A stretch of 64,000 nt of DNA, from positions 42,061 to 106,060 of IMG/VR virus record IMGVR_UViG_3300031963_011573. One strand, written 5' to 3'. Positions 38,379 through 48,136 of the stretch are shown here, in pieces (within the stretch, counting starts at the first letter, position 1; each line of letters opens with the position of its first letter). Position numbers and translations under genes: made by a program. Source of the DNA: a virus. Below the pieces are notes generated by a model. It did not search any database. It saw only the letters and a list, made by a program, of their open reading frames with translations, and was not told the origin of the DNA.

Positions 38379-39095
38379 ATGATAGTATATTGTACTACAA
38401 ATTTAATCAATGGGAAAAAATATATTGGTTCAAATTCCACTAATGACCCTAATTATTATGGGTCTGGTACTTATATAAAAAAATCTATAAAAAAATATGG
38501 AAAGAAAAATTTTATTAAAACCATACTGGCAGAAGTAAACGATATTAATTTAATGAAAGAATTAGAAGAGTATTGGATTGATTATTTTGATGCATATGAT
38601 AATCCACTTTTTTACAATGCTACCAAATATTCATCTGGTATATCTTCATTTCCAAAAGAAAAAATAATAAATATTCAAAATGCCAATAAAGGAAATAAAT
38701 ACCATTTAGGTTTTTCTCAAAGTGATTATCAAAAATCTCAAACTAGTAAAGCTAATAAAGGAAGAAAACATTCTGTTGAATCTAACTTAAAAAAAAGACA
38801 ACATAAATTAGGAAATAAATACGCATTAGGTAATAAACTTTCTTTAGAAACCAAACAAAAAATTTCCCAAAAGAAAATAGGCCATGTTTGTTACCAGAAT
38901 GATGAAAGAAACCAGAAAATAAGAGAAAAAAACAGTAAATCTGTCCTTCAATATTCTAAAGAAGGAATATTTATAAAAGAATGGAAAAGTGCTAAAGAAG
39001 CATGTACTTATCTAGGTATAACTAGTATCCATAGATCTTTACAAAATTGGAAAAATAATAGTAAAGGATATAAATGGAAATTTAAAACACAATAA
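38379..39095 (+). mobile_element. Free-standing GIY-YIG homing endonuclease with NUMOD-type tail
   Basis: IVYCTTNLINGKKYIG...YYGSG...EEYWI...YN; KHSVES/LSLETKQKIS; VLQYSKEG.FIKEWKS. Confidence 0.85.
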
Positions 39096-39098
39096 ATT

Positions 39099-39611
39099 AT
39101 GTGCGCATTATTTGGTTCATCACGTGACGTTTCATTATTTAGGCACCTTAACAGGGAACTGCTATGGGATGTTATTACACAACAATGTGTATTTTATCAA
39201 CTCAAAACAGCTGAAACAAAGGTAAACATATATGGTGAAGCAGCTGGTGCAAGATTATATGCAGAACCTGTTCTATTAAACGTATTAATTGATAGAGGAG
39301 ATGCTTCCCAACCAGTTGATGATTTTGGTGTGTCTTATGATAGACCAATGACATTTAAATTTTTACGTGATGATTTAGTTGACGCTAATGTATTACCTGA
39401 ATCAGGAGATATAATAATGTGGTATGAATCATATTGGGAAATTAATAATGTAAATGATAATCAACTTGTAGTTGGAAAAGACCCAGCTTACCCATATAAC
39501 ACAAACCCATTAAACCCAGGACTGGAAAATTTTGGCTCCAATTGGTCAATTATTTGCACAGCACATTATGTACCTGCAGATAAAGTTCAAATCTCAAAAG
39601 AAAGAATATAA
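39099..39611 (+). CDS. Head closure/neck protein (T4 gp14-like)
   Basis: NIYGEA...P.SGDII...YWEI; position after the gp13-like gene. Confidence 0.6.
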   Translation: MCALFGSSRDVSLFRHLNRELLWDVITQQCVFYQLKTAETKVNIYGEAAGARLYAEPVLLNVLIDRGDASQPVDDFGVSYDRPMTFKFLRDDLVDANVLPESGDIIMWYESYWEINNVNDNQLVVGKDPAYPYNTNPLNPGLENFGSNWSIICTAHYVPADKVQISKERI

Positions 39612-40316
39612 ATGGCCGAAAAAATTTCTTCAACCCCAGTATATTTAAACCAATTTAAAAACAGAACTATCATAACTACTGTTGTATCGCAACCAACTGC
39701 TGATATTGATGCTATAACCCAAGCAATAAATCAAATAGCAGGATCTATTACTTTAGTTACACAATCACTTGGGCAAATTTCTCAATCTTTAACAACTCAA
39801 AGTATTCAAATAGATGGTTTATCTTCAACAGCAAATGCTTTAAATGCATCCAAAATATTTGTAAATAAAGAAACCCCATCCGGCTCAATCGATGGTGTAA
39901 ACACAATATATGTTTTAGAACATACTCCAACCTTAGGCAGTGAACATTTATATTTAAATGGTTTGTTAATTGATAGTAGATCATCTACAGACTATTCAAT
40001 TTCGGGTTCAATTATAACGTTTGATCAGCCTTTACTTCCGGGAATGAAATTAAATTGCACATACTATTATGTAGATAACACTCCTGTAAAAGTATTTAAA
40101 GACAAAGAAACTTTATCTGGTGTAATTGATGGGATAAATAAAGTATTTACCCTACAGTATCCCCCAGTAGAGGATAGTGAACATATATATTTGAATGGTT
40201 TGCTTCAAGAAAGTGGGATTAATGGGGATTATCAAGTATCTGACTCAACTATTACATTTAAAGAAGCTCCCCCAACAGATACAAACCTTCGTTGCACCTA
40301 TTACCATTTGTTATAG
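39612..40316 (+). CDS. Structural protein with two tandem YLNGLL beta-domains
   Basis: KETxSGxIDGxN...SEHxYLNGLL...DY...ITF duplicated internally. Confidence 0.65.
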   Translation: MAEKISSTPVYLNQFKNRTIITTVVSQPTADIDAITQAINQIAGSITLVTQSLGQISQSLTTQSIQIDGLSSTANALNASKIFVNKETPSGSIDGVNTIYVLEHTPTLGSEHLYLNGLLIDSRSSTDYSISGSIITFDQPLLPGMKLNCTYYYVDNTPVKVFKDKETLSGVIDGINKVFTLQYPPVEDSEHIYLNGLLQESGINGDYQVSDSTITFKEAPPTDTNLRCTYYHLL

Positions 40317-40390
40317 GATAAAAAAATATTTAGATTTTCCTTTATATTTTTAAAAAATCCTGCATACGTATAATCAAACCCAATATTTAG

Positions 40391-40624
40391 ATGAACTCAG
40401 AGAATTTATATTCAACTTCAGATTTATATTTAACAGCATACCTTAAGATCAAGGGGCATAAATTTACAGTAGAAAAAACTACAAAAAAATCTACGTTTAT
40501 TTTCCCATCTAGCCCCGAACTATTATCCGATGTAGATGCATATTTAACGGAAACGGGTTCATGCGAACCTTTGGCTTACACAAATGCCATAAAGAACTTG
40601 AAAAACCTTTTATTTAACAAGTAA
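40391..40624 (+). CDS. DUF5659-like small protein
   Basis: YSTSDLYLTAYL..KG......FIF; ATACGTATA at 40364. Confidence 0.55.
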   Translation: MNSENLYSTSDLYLTAYLKIKGHKFTVEKTTKKSTFIFPSSPELLSDVDAYLTETGSCEPLAYTNAIKNLKNLLFNK

Positions 40625-40725
40625 AATTCTATTTCTAGAGTAGTAATTGATGTTACTTAAATGGAGACATTCTGGTTCACCCTTATTCATTTATAAACAA
40701 TTTAATTTAATTTAATTTAAAACTT

Positions 40726-43308
40726 ATGTCAACTACAAAAATCGTCTTAAATAGACAATCTGACTTAATTTTAGATAATGCACAAATCACCGCTCCAGTT
40801 GGTATTGTTGTTGCAGATATCGATGGTTTACAATCAGCGATTACCTCAATTGACAATAATATCTCAACTGAAGTTTCAAGTGAAGTTTCTTCACGTGTAT
40901 CTGGTGATGCTTCTGTTGCGGCTAGCCTTTCAACTGAGGTTTCTGCTCGTGAAGCTGCAGTATCTACTGAAATTTCAAACCGCGTTGCTGGTGATGAATC
41001 ACTTGCCGCAAACTTATCTACTGAAGTTGCTAACCGTGAAGCAGACGTTGATGCTGAGGAATCTCGCGCAATGGTAGCTGAAACTTCATTACAAAACAAC
41101 ATCGATGCTGAAGCATCTTTACGTGTTGTTGGTGATGAAAGTTTAGAAGCTGCGATGTCAACTGCTGATGCTTCTTTGGATACTAAAGTATCTAATGAAA
41201 CTGCACGTGCAGAATCAGCTGAATCTTCATTGGAAGACCGAATTGATTACATCGTCTCAAACGTTGATCCTGCAGCTTTAGATTCATTAACTGAAATCGT
41301 TGGTGCATTCCAATCTGCTGATGGTGACTTAAACGGTGCTATCACTTCATTGGCAACAGCTGCTGGTGCTTCTTTAAGCGCTGAGGCATCTCGTGCAACA
41401 TCTGCTGAAGCATCTTTAGCTTCTGATTTATCAACTGAAGTTGCTGATAGAGAAGCTGCTATCTCATTAGAGGAAGCCGCTCGTATTTCAGGTGACGCTT
41501 CTGTTGTTGCTGACTTGTCAACTGAAACTGCAAATCGTCAAGCTGCCGTATCGACCGAAACATCTGCAAGAGTTGCTGGTGATAACAGTTTAGAAACTAA
41601 AATTTCTGCTGACTTATCAACTGCTAATGCTTCTATCGAAGGTGCTTTATCAACTGAAATTTCAGAAAGAATCGCTGACGTTGATGCTGAAGAATCAAGA
41701 GCAATGAGTGTTGAGGTTGTATTAAGTGATGAGTTGTCTTCTGAAACATCTGCAAGACAAGCAGAAGATAATTGGTTATCTGGTGAATTATCCATTGCAG
41801 TTTCAGATCTTAATGCAAATGATGAGGCTGAAGCTTCAGCTCGTTTAGCTGCTGATGAATCATTAGCTGCTGATTTGTCAACTGAAACTTCACAGAGAGT
41901 TGAGGATCAAATCTATTATGATGGAATTATATCATCTGAAGTTTCAAATAGAGAATTAGCAGATAATAGTTTATCAACTGAAATTGAAAATGAAGCTTCA
42001 ACACGTTTAGCTGCTGATGAATCATTAGCTTCTGATTTATCAACAGGACTATCAACAGAAGAATCTAACCGTACTGTAGCAATTGATAACGAAGCTTCTA
42101 TTCGTTTATCTGCTGATGAAAGTTTATCAACAAAAATATCAGGTGAAATTTCTCGAGAAGATGATGCTCGTACATCAGCTGATACATCTTTAGCAACATC
42201 AATTACTAACGAAGCTTCTATCCGTTTGGCTGCTGACCAATCTTTGGCAACTGCAGTATCTGCTGAAGCATCTCGTATTGATGTCATCCTTGATGGTTCA
42301 GATGTTGATTTAGATCAATTTGCTGAAATCGTTGATTTCGTTAACGGAATTGATTTAGAGAACGATAACGCATTGTTGAGTGCTGTAACTTCAATTGGTT
42401 TAGATATCGATGCTGAAGAGTCAAGAGCAACATCTGCTGAAGCATCTTTGAACTCTGCATTGTCAACAGAAACTTCCGCAAGAATCGCTGACGTTGACGC
42501 TGAAGAGTCTGCAAGAGTATCTGCAATTGACAACGAAGCTTCTATTCGTTTGGCTGCTGACCAGTCTTTAGCTACTGATCTATCTACTGAAACTTCAGCT
42601 CGTATTGCTGACGTTGATGCTGAAGAATCTCGTGCAATGAGTGCAGAAGCTTCATTAACAGATGCAATCTCTACAGAAATCTCAAGAGCAGAAGCTGCTG
42701 AAGCATCTTTAGCTACTGAATTGTCTGAAGAAGTATCTTACTTGATTGCAAACACTGACTTAACTTCAATTGACTCATTTGCTGAAGTATCAACAGAATT
42801 GTCAAATGAAATCTCTACAAGAGAATCAGCTGACTTCTCACTTGAAGCATATGTTTCAAGTGAAATTGATGGTTTAGCTGCAACTGATGAAGCAACTATT
42901 GAACTTGACACTGTTGGAAACGTAATTCGTTTGAAAGAAACAATTGCTGCTCCTGCAAGTGGAACAAGAACATTCGAAGGTAATGTTGAAGTATCTGGTG
43001 AATTGACAGTTGATGGTGTGAATGTAATGGATGAAATCAGCACAGAAGTATCTCGTGCAGAATCTGCTGAAGCATCTTTAGCATACGATTTCACTAACAT
43101 TTATTTCAGAAATGCTGGTGTAGTTGAAACTGCTAATGGTTCACGTACTGAATTTACATTCAATAACGAACTTAGAGCTGGTTCACAGGCAGTTTACTTG
43201 AATGGTCTATTACAAGATGCTGGTGATTATTCAATCACTACAACATCTGTAACATTCAACGATGCTCCTTTAGCTGGTGATAAAGTTGCTGTTTACGGTA
43301 TGTATTAA
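40726..43308 (+). CDS. Long coiled-coil fibre protein
   Basis: Ala/Ser/Glu/Asp-rich E.SR/AR repeats (ADVDAEESRAMS, EASIRLAADQSL); LDSLTEIV-type knuckles; C-terminal YLNGLLQ domain. Confidence 0.75.
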   Translation: MSTTKIVLNRQSDLILDNAQITAPVGIVVADIDGLQSAITSIDNNISTEVSSEVSSRVSGDASVAASLSTEVSAREAAVSTEISNRVAGDESLAANLSTEVANREADVDAEESRAMVAETSLQNNIDAEASLRVVGDESLEAAMSTADASLDTKVSNETARAESAESSLEDRIDYIVSNVDPAALDSLTEIVGAFQSADGDLNGAITSLATAAGASLSAEASRATSAEASLASDLSTEVADREAAISLEEAARISGDASVVADLSTETANRQAAVSTETSARVAGDNSLETKISADLSTANASIEGALSTEISERIADVDAEESRAMSVEVVLSDELSSETSARQAEDNWLSGELSIAVSDLNANDEAEASARLAADESLAADLSTETSQRVEDQIYYDGIISSEVSNRELADNSLSTEIENEASTRLAADESLASDLSTGLSTEESNRTVAIDNEASIRLSADESLSTKISGEISREDDARTSADTSLATSITNEASIRLAADQSLATAVSAEASRIDVILDGSDVDLDQFAEIVDFVNGIDLENDNALLSAVTSIGLDIDAEESRATSAEASLNSALSTETSARIADVDAEESARVSAIDNEASIRLAADQSLATDLSTETSARIADVDAEESRAMSAEASLTDAISTEISRAEAAEASLATELSEEVSYLIANTDLTSIDSFAEVSTELSNEISTRESADFSLEAYVSSEIDGLAATDEATIELDTVGNVIRLKETIAAPASGTRTFEGNVEVSGELTVDGVNVMDEISTEVSRAESAEASLAYDFTNIYFRNAGVVETANGSRTEFTFNNELRAGSQAVYLNGLLQDAGDYSITTTSVTFNDAPLAGDKVAVYGMY

Positions 43309-43323
43309 TAGTTAAAATTTATG

Positions 43324-43345
43324 GGGAGGATGAAATACTCCTCCC
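43324..43345 (+). other. Stem-loop after the fibre gene
   Basis: GGGAGGA-TGAAATAC-TCCTCCC with no clear U tract; late motif follows at 43347. Confidence 0.5.
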
Positions 43346-43394
43346 TATATTTATACAAAAACATTTTAATAAACTTTAAAAACAAAATAAAACT

Positions 43395-44108
43395 ATGGCA
43401 ACTTTTATAACATCCAAATCAATAGGAGAAACAATTACAATTAATGTTCCAACATCTACTGGATATTGGAAATATAATCATGATGGAGCAGATTCAAGTG
43501 TATTTGAAAATGGAGAACAAATTATCACAATAACAAATGCAAACGGAGAATTTACTCTGATTTCATGCGATAGTGAAGGTAATGTAAGTGGTGATATAGT
43601 TGATTTAGGTTTAGTTAATAACCAAATAACATCATTTGATGGGACTGGTTTAATTAATCTAACAGGTTTAAATTTAAATTCTAACTTATTAACTTCATTT
43701 GACGGAACAGATTTATCAGCATTAACTTATTTATTTATTTATAATAATCAATTAACTTCATTTAATGGGTCTGGATTATCCACATTAAATGATTTAACTT
43801 TACAAAATAACCAATTAACATCATTTGATGCTACAGGTTTAAATAATCTTCAATTTTTAAATATATCTAATAACCTATTGACAAATCCAACTTCAACTAA
43901 CAATTCACTTCTATCACTTCTAGCAGCAAATGAATTAGCAAACGATTGGGACTCTGGTGAATTTTACACAACTGGAGGAAGAACATCCGCCGGAACTGCA
44001 GATTATGATTACTTGATTGCAAATAATTGGGTAGTTGATGGTGCTGATTTAGTTCCCGTTGTAACAGGTAAATTACGTGTTAAAGGTGTTGGACAGATCA
44101 ATCCATAA
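43395..44108 (+). CDS. Leucine-rich repeat protein (copy 1)
   Basis: 21-aa LxxLxLxNNQLTSFDxTG repeats. Confidence 0.85.
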   Translation: MATFITSKSIGETITINVPTSTGYWKYNHDGADSSVFENGEQIITITNANGEFTLISCDSEGNVSGDIVDLGLVNNQITSFDGTGLINLTGLNLNSNLLTSFDGTDLSALTYLFIYNNQLTSFNGSGLSTLNDLTLQNNQLTSFDATGLNNLQFLNISNNLLTNPTSTNNSLLSLLAANELANDWDSGEFYTTGGRTSAGTADYDYLIANNWVVDGADLVPVVTGKLRVKGVGQINP

Positions 44109-44143
44109 CATAAAATTATAAACTTTAAAAACGAAAAAAAATT

Positions 44144-44857
44144 ATGGCAACTTTTATAACATCCAAATCAGTTGGAGAAACAATTTCAATTTATGCTGAA
44201 ACATCTACTGGATATTGGAAATACAACCACGATGGTACAGATTCAAGCGTATTTGATCAAAATAATGGTGCTCAAACCATAACAGTAGCAAATGCAAATG
44301 GAGAATTTACACTCATTCCATGTTTATCTGATGGTACACCAAGTGGTGATATAACATTATTAGGATTAGGTGGTAACCAACTAACTTCATTTGATGGAAC
44401 AGGTTTAACATCATTGAATGAATTAGGTTTAGGTGACAACCAATTAACATCTTTTGATGCAACCGATTTAACATCTGTTACTAATTTAGTGGTAAGTAGT
44501 AATTTATTAATATCAATTGATGTATCAAGTTTAACCAACTTAAATATTTTAACTTTACAAAATAACCAATTAACATCACTTGACATCACAGGCTTACTAA
44601 ACCTTCAATATTTGAGTGTTGAGAATAACCCATTTACTAACTCAACTTTAACAAACAATTCACTTTTAGCAAAATTAGCAGCAAATGAATTGGCAAATGA
44701 TTGGGATACTGGTGAACTTTACACATCAGGTGGAAGAACATCTGCTGGAACCACAGACTACGATTATTTAATTGCAAATAATTGGGAGATTTTTGGTGCT
44801 GATTTGATTCCAACAGGAACAGGCAAACTACGTGTTAAAGGTATCGGACAATTGTAA
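44144..44857 (+). CDS. Leucine-rich repeat protein (copy 2, tandem paralog)
   Basis: Same length (237 aa) and same termini (MATFITSKS...GKLRVKG) as copy 1; upstream region also duplicated. Confidence 0.85.
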   Translation: MATFITSKSVGETISIYAETSTGYWKYNHDGTDSSVFDQNNGAQTITVANANGEFTLIPCLSDGTPSGDITLLGLGGNQLTSFDGTGLTSLNELGLGDNQLTSFDATDLTSVTNLVVSSNLLISIDVSSLTNLNILTLQNNQLTSLDITGLLNLQYLSVENNPFTNSTLTNNSLLAKLAANELANDWDTGELYTSGGRTSAGTTDYDYLIANNWEIFGADLIPTGTGKLRVKGIGQL

Positions 44858-44882
44858 TCCAATATATTTAACCAAACACAAC

Positions 44883-44910
44883 AAAAGGGACTCAAAAGGT
44901 CCCTTTTTTT
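44883..44910. terminator. Bidirectional terminator between convergent genes
   Basis: AAAAGGGAC-TCAAAAG-GTCCCTTTTTTT. Confidence 0.75.
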
Positions 44911-44927
44911 ATTCCTATAGACAACAT

Positions 44928-46112
44928 TTATTTATATAGGTTAGTAGTAGGATCATATATCAAATCCTTATTTCCACCATTAAATACACCCTCAATCAAA
45001 CGATCATACGTTTCAATAACGTCTGTATTTTCAATATGGTAGCGTTGTAACACAACATCATTGCGTTGATTATATCCGTCAATATCTTTATCGTGTTCTG
45101 TTAATATATGATTTAACATTTTAGCGGCCTCAACTGTATCTGAACCCTCGTAATAGTAACCCAAATCTTTACACATTGGAGCATTATGTAAAACTGGATA
45201 CCCTAAATAAGCGGCATCCAAATACAAATAATTTAATGGATTTAACAACTGGTGGCAAATCAACACATCCAAATGTTGAGTTAACATGTAAGCTGTTTGA
45301 TAACGTGATTCAGCCGATATCTTACCTTCCCTAAACAAATCAAATGTTTGAATTATGGACATAAACTCTCGATGTTTTGAAACTACCGTTCCATTTGTAA
45401 TACGAAGTTTTTCAATGTGTTTTCGGCCTGTAATAGTGCGATATGATTCCTCAGCAATCATAGCTGGAATCAAACAAAACTTAACAATGTTGAGGTTTGG
45501 CTCCATGATACCAATTATCTTTTTTTCTTTGGTATTGTCGTACTGCCAATCTTTTGTGTATTTTCCTGCTTTGAACCCTTTATGTATTTCTCTAACCGCC
45601 TCAAATAAAAACTTTTCAGACCATATAAAAGGAACCGCAAAGGCATTTGTACGATATAGTGTTTTATACAAACCAGAATTTACCTCATCTTGTTGTGGAA
45701 CATACCATATTTCATCATATTGACGTTCATATTGAAACTTCTTATCCTCACTTGGACGAAACAAAATATTTTCCATATGGATCACATAGTTGTTTCCACA
45801 TTTATAAGATACAACTTTTTTATTATCTCCAGAACGTTTAAATGTTTCAAGTTGATAGTCAAATATTTGTGCACCCATTACAATCAACAGATCCATCTCC
45901 AAAAACTTATCGTTAAAGTAGTGAATGTCTATTCCATCAAGATATGAAGGACGTTCTGTAAAATCTACATTCATAGAATTTAAAATACAAACATCGTATT
46001 TTTTCTTTGAATTTTTTAGCAGGTGTACAAGCATCAAAACGTTTTGTTTGATACCGTTTGTCCAAATGGATTCTTTGTTGTCTTTTAAGCCGAGTGTGAT
46101 TCCTATTTTCAT
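44928..46112 (-). CDS. DUF2827-like protein (putative GT-B glycosyltransferase)
   Basis: SIWTNGIKQN, EPNLNIVK..LIP, DVLICHQ..NPLNYLYLD..Y.GYPVLHN...GYYY. Confidence 0.65.
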   Translation of the reverse strand: MKIGITLGLKDNKESIWTNGIKQNVLMLVHLLKNSKKKYDVCILNSMNVDFTERPSYLDGIDIHYFNDKFLEMDLLIVMGAQIFDYQLETFKRSGDNKKVVSYKCGNNYVIHMENILFRPSEDKKFQYERQYDEIWYVPQQDEVNSGLYKTLYRTNAFAVPFIWSEKFLFEAVREIHKGFKAGKYTKDWQYDNTKEKKIIGIMEPNLNIVKFCLIPAMIAEESYRTITGRKHIEKLRITNGTVVSKHREFMSIIQTFDLFREGKISAESRYQTAYMLTQHLDVLICHQLLNPLNYLYLDAAYLGYPVLHNAPMCKDLGYYYEGSDTVEAAKMLNHILTEHDKDIDGYNQRNDVVLQRYHIENTDVIETYDRLIEGVFNGGNKDLIYDPTTNLYK

Positions 46113-46669
46113 ATACTGTTTCCGTGTTTATTTACAAATTGATCTACTAGTTTCTGTTTTTCCTCATCTGTTGCGGCATGCGCATATAACCATATGAATG
46201 AATTTTCAATATTTTTAAGCTTGTCCTTTTTTTCGTTTATACGTATTTTTAAAATATCTTTATCTTCACCATCTATTGAGTGAGATATATTAAGTTGTGA
46301 GCATATTTCATATAAAGTATACAAATCAAATTCCTCAGATGCCGTAGTAGCTTTAACATACAGTTCAGTATGCTCATCTGTTTTTGCTTTATCTGGATGA
46401 GTGATTTTAGCAATTTCCCTATACAACTTTTTAACTTTTTCTCTAGTGGACTTGTCCACTGTGTTTGGGTCTATTTTTTTCTTTGGTAGTTGTTCTTGAG
46501 GGGTTTGAGGGGGAGGTGGAGGTGTCTCACCACGTGCCTCTCTTATTTTATTTAAAAATTCCTCCTTGTTAGAGTCTATAACCTCGTTTTTGTATTCTTC
46601 ATCCAACAATAGAAAACTATATTCTTGCAACAATTTTTTTACTTCAAGTTGTTCTAGTCGTTTACTCAT
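46109..46669 (-). CDS. J-domain (DnaJ-like) protein
   Basis: VKKLYREIAKITHPDK contains the HPD motif. Confidence 0.75.
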   Translation of the reverse strand: MSKRLEQLEVKKLLQEYSFLLLDEEYKNEVIDSNKEEFLNKIREARGETPPPPPQTPQEQLPKKKIDPNTVDKSTREKVKKLYREIAKITHPDKAKTDEHTELYVKATTASEEFDLYTLYEICSQLNISHSIDGEDKDILKIRINEKKDKLKNIENSFIWLYAHAATDEEKQKLVDQFVNKHGNSI

Positions 46670-46673
46670 ACCT

Positions 46674-46703
46674 ATAAATATTTATCATAGACCTATATTT
46701 ATA
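46674..46703. promoter_or_regulatory. Divergent late promoter region
   Basis: Perfect palindrome ATAAATATTTAT (46674-46685) gives ATATTTAT on both strands; second ATATTTATA at 46695. Confidence 0.6.
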
Positions 46704-46708
46704 GAGAC

Positions 46709-47971
46709 ATGCCAAGAACAAGAAAACCAAACCCAAAATCTCAACGTCAAATTTCAAACGAACAAATTGAGCCGTATGTTAACCCTGAAAATGGAGAAAC
46801 TATAGGTAATCCAAACATTCCCTCTAATTTTGATCAATTTACAGCAAATGAACAAAATGGAATTGAATTTAACCGCTCAGAAAAACTTTCATTTAGGGGA
46901 GATACTACAAAACCATTCACTATAGGATTTGAAGATATTGATGAGGCAATCCACTACTATTTTTCAAATGTGATTCGCCCTTCAGTTACACAAAACAACA
47001 TGCGAATCCCTGTTCCCATAATATATGGTTCACCTGAACGTTGGAAATCTACACAAAAGGATGGATATTACAAAGACAAGAATGGTGCAATTATGGCTCC
47101 TCTTATCATGTTCAAACGAGATAGTATAGATAAGAATCGCTCTTTGGGTAATAAAATGGATGCAAATTCTCCAAACTTGTACACAACATGGAAAAAAGTA
47201 TATGATCCAAAAAATGCATATTCAAATTTTAACACCTTAAACAACCGTAAACCAGTAGAGCAATTTATAGTAAATGTAATCCCAGATTATGTTACTATAT
47301 CATATACTTGTGCTATACAAACATATTATGTGTCTCAATTAAACAAAATAGTTGAGGCTATCAACTATGCTTCCGACACATATTGGGGAGAAAAAGATCG
47401 TTTCAAATTCTATGCTACAATTAGCTCATTTGATACTCCAATTGAAATAACAGATAATTCAAACAGAATAGCTAAAGCAACATTTACCTTAACTATTAAA
47501 GGATACGTCATACCTGACAGTATTCAAAAACAATTAACATCTATCAAAAAATATAATAGTAAAGCCCAAGTTATAATTGAAATGGAAGCAGTTAGTTCGC
47601 TAGATGATCCAAAACCAAAACCACTTAAAACCACATCCCCTATATTTATAGACAACCAAAAACCAGTAATAAACTATATCTCTCAAGACGTGCTAGTATA
47701 TTTAAACACCAACATACAAAAACTTGGAACATATGTAAATTCAACAACAGTAACATTTAATTCTGGTTGGATTCAAGCTCCAAATAGTTTACCACCAACT
47801 TCTATCGTAAACTTTACATTCTTTGTAAACGGTACATTGGTAGAAAGTGCAGCTATAGTTTCTTTTACCCAAAATGCAGGCATTTCAACTCTTGTAATTG
47901 ACCCTACCGAATTAGGCTACTCAATCTCCCCTTCAGATGAAATAGTAGCTATTGGGAAATTTAGTAATTGA
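46709..47971 (+). CDS. Tail terminator/completion protein (T4 gp15-like) with C-terminal extension
   Basis: VPIIYGSPERW...PLIMFKR...PDYVTISY...FTLTIKGY. Confidence 0.6.
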   Translation: MPRTRKPNPKSQRQISNEQIEPYVNPENGETIGNPNIPSNFDQFTANEQNGIEFNRSEKLSFRGDTTKPFTIGFEDIDEAIHYYFSNVIRPSVTQNNMRIPVPIIYGSPERWKSTQKDGYYKDKNGAIMAPLIMFKRDSIDKNRSLGNKMDANSPNLYTTWKKVYDPKNAYSNFNTLNNRKPVEQFIVNVIPDYVTISYTCAIQTYYVSQLNKIVEAINYASDTYWGEKDRFKFYATISSFDTPIEITDNSNRIAKATFTLTIKGYVIPDSIQKQLTSIKKYNSKAQVIIEMEAVSSLDDPKPKPLKTTSPIFIDNQKPVINYISQDVLVYLNTNIQKLGTYVNSTTVTFNSGWIQAPNSLPPTSIVNFTFFVNGTLVESAAIVSFTQNAGISTLVIDPTELGYSISPSDEIVAIGKFSN

Positions 47972-47988
47972 TTTATATTTATAATAAA

Positions 47989-48135
47989 ATGGCAGCTAAA
48001 GTAAAAACATCAGCAACTTCATTGTTTAACAAAAAACCTAAAGTTAAACGTCCTGGAGTTCATGCAAAAAGCAAAACAAGCAAAAATAAAACAAGCAAAA
48101 ACTACGTTAAACAATACGTAGCCCAAGGAAAATAA
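47989..48135 (+). CDS. Small very basic protein, 48 aa
   Basis: MAAKVKTSATSLFNKKPKVKRPGVHAKSKTSKNKTSKNYVKQYVAQGK; late motif at 47975; stop is 1 nt before the next ATG. Confidence 0.7.
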   Translation: MAAKVKTSATSLFNKKPKVKRPGVHAKSKTSKNKTSKNYVKQYVAQGK

Positions 48136-48136
48136 A

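Noticed and set aside
38379-39095. Group I intron hosting the GIY-YIG genes (also 60265..60918)
   Set aside because: Flanking genes appear complete and the gaps are only a few to about 30 nt, leaving no room for an intron core. They are free-standing.
40691-40722. (TTTAA)n run upstream of the coiled-coil fibre as an iteron or origin
   Set aside because: Only about four copies of a 5-mer in very AT-rich leader DNA, which is insufficient evidence.
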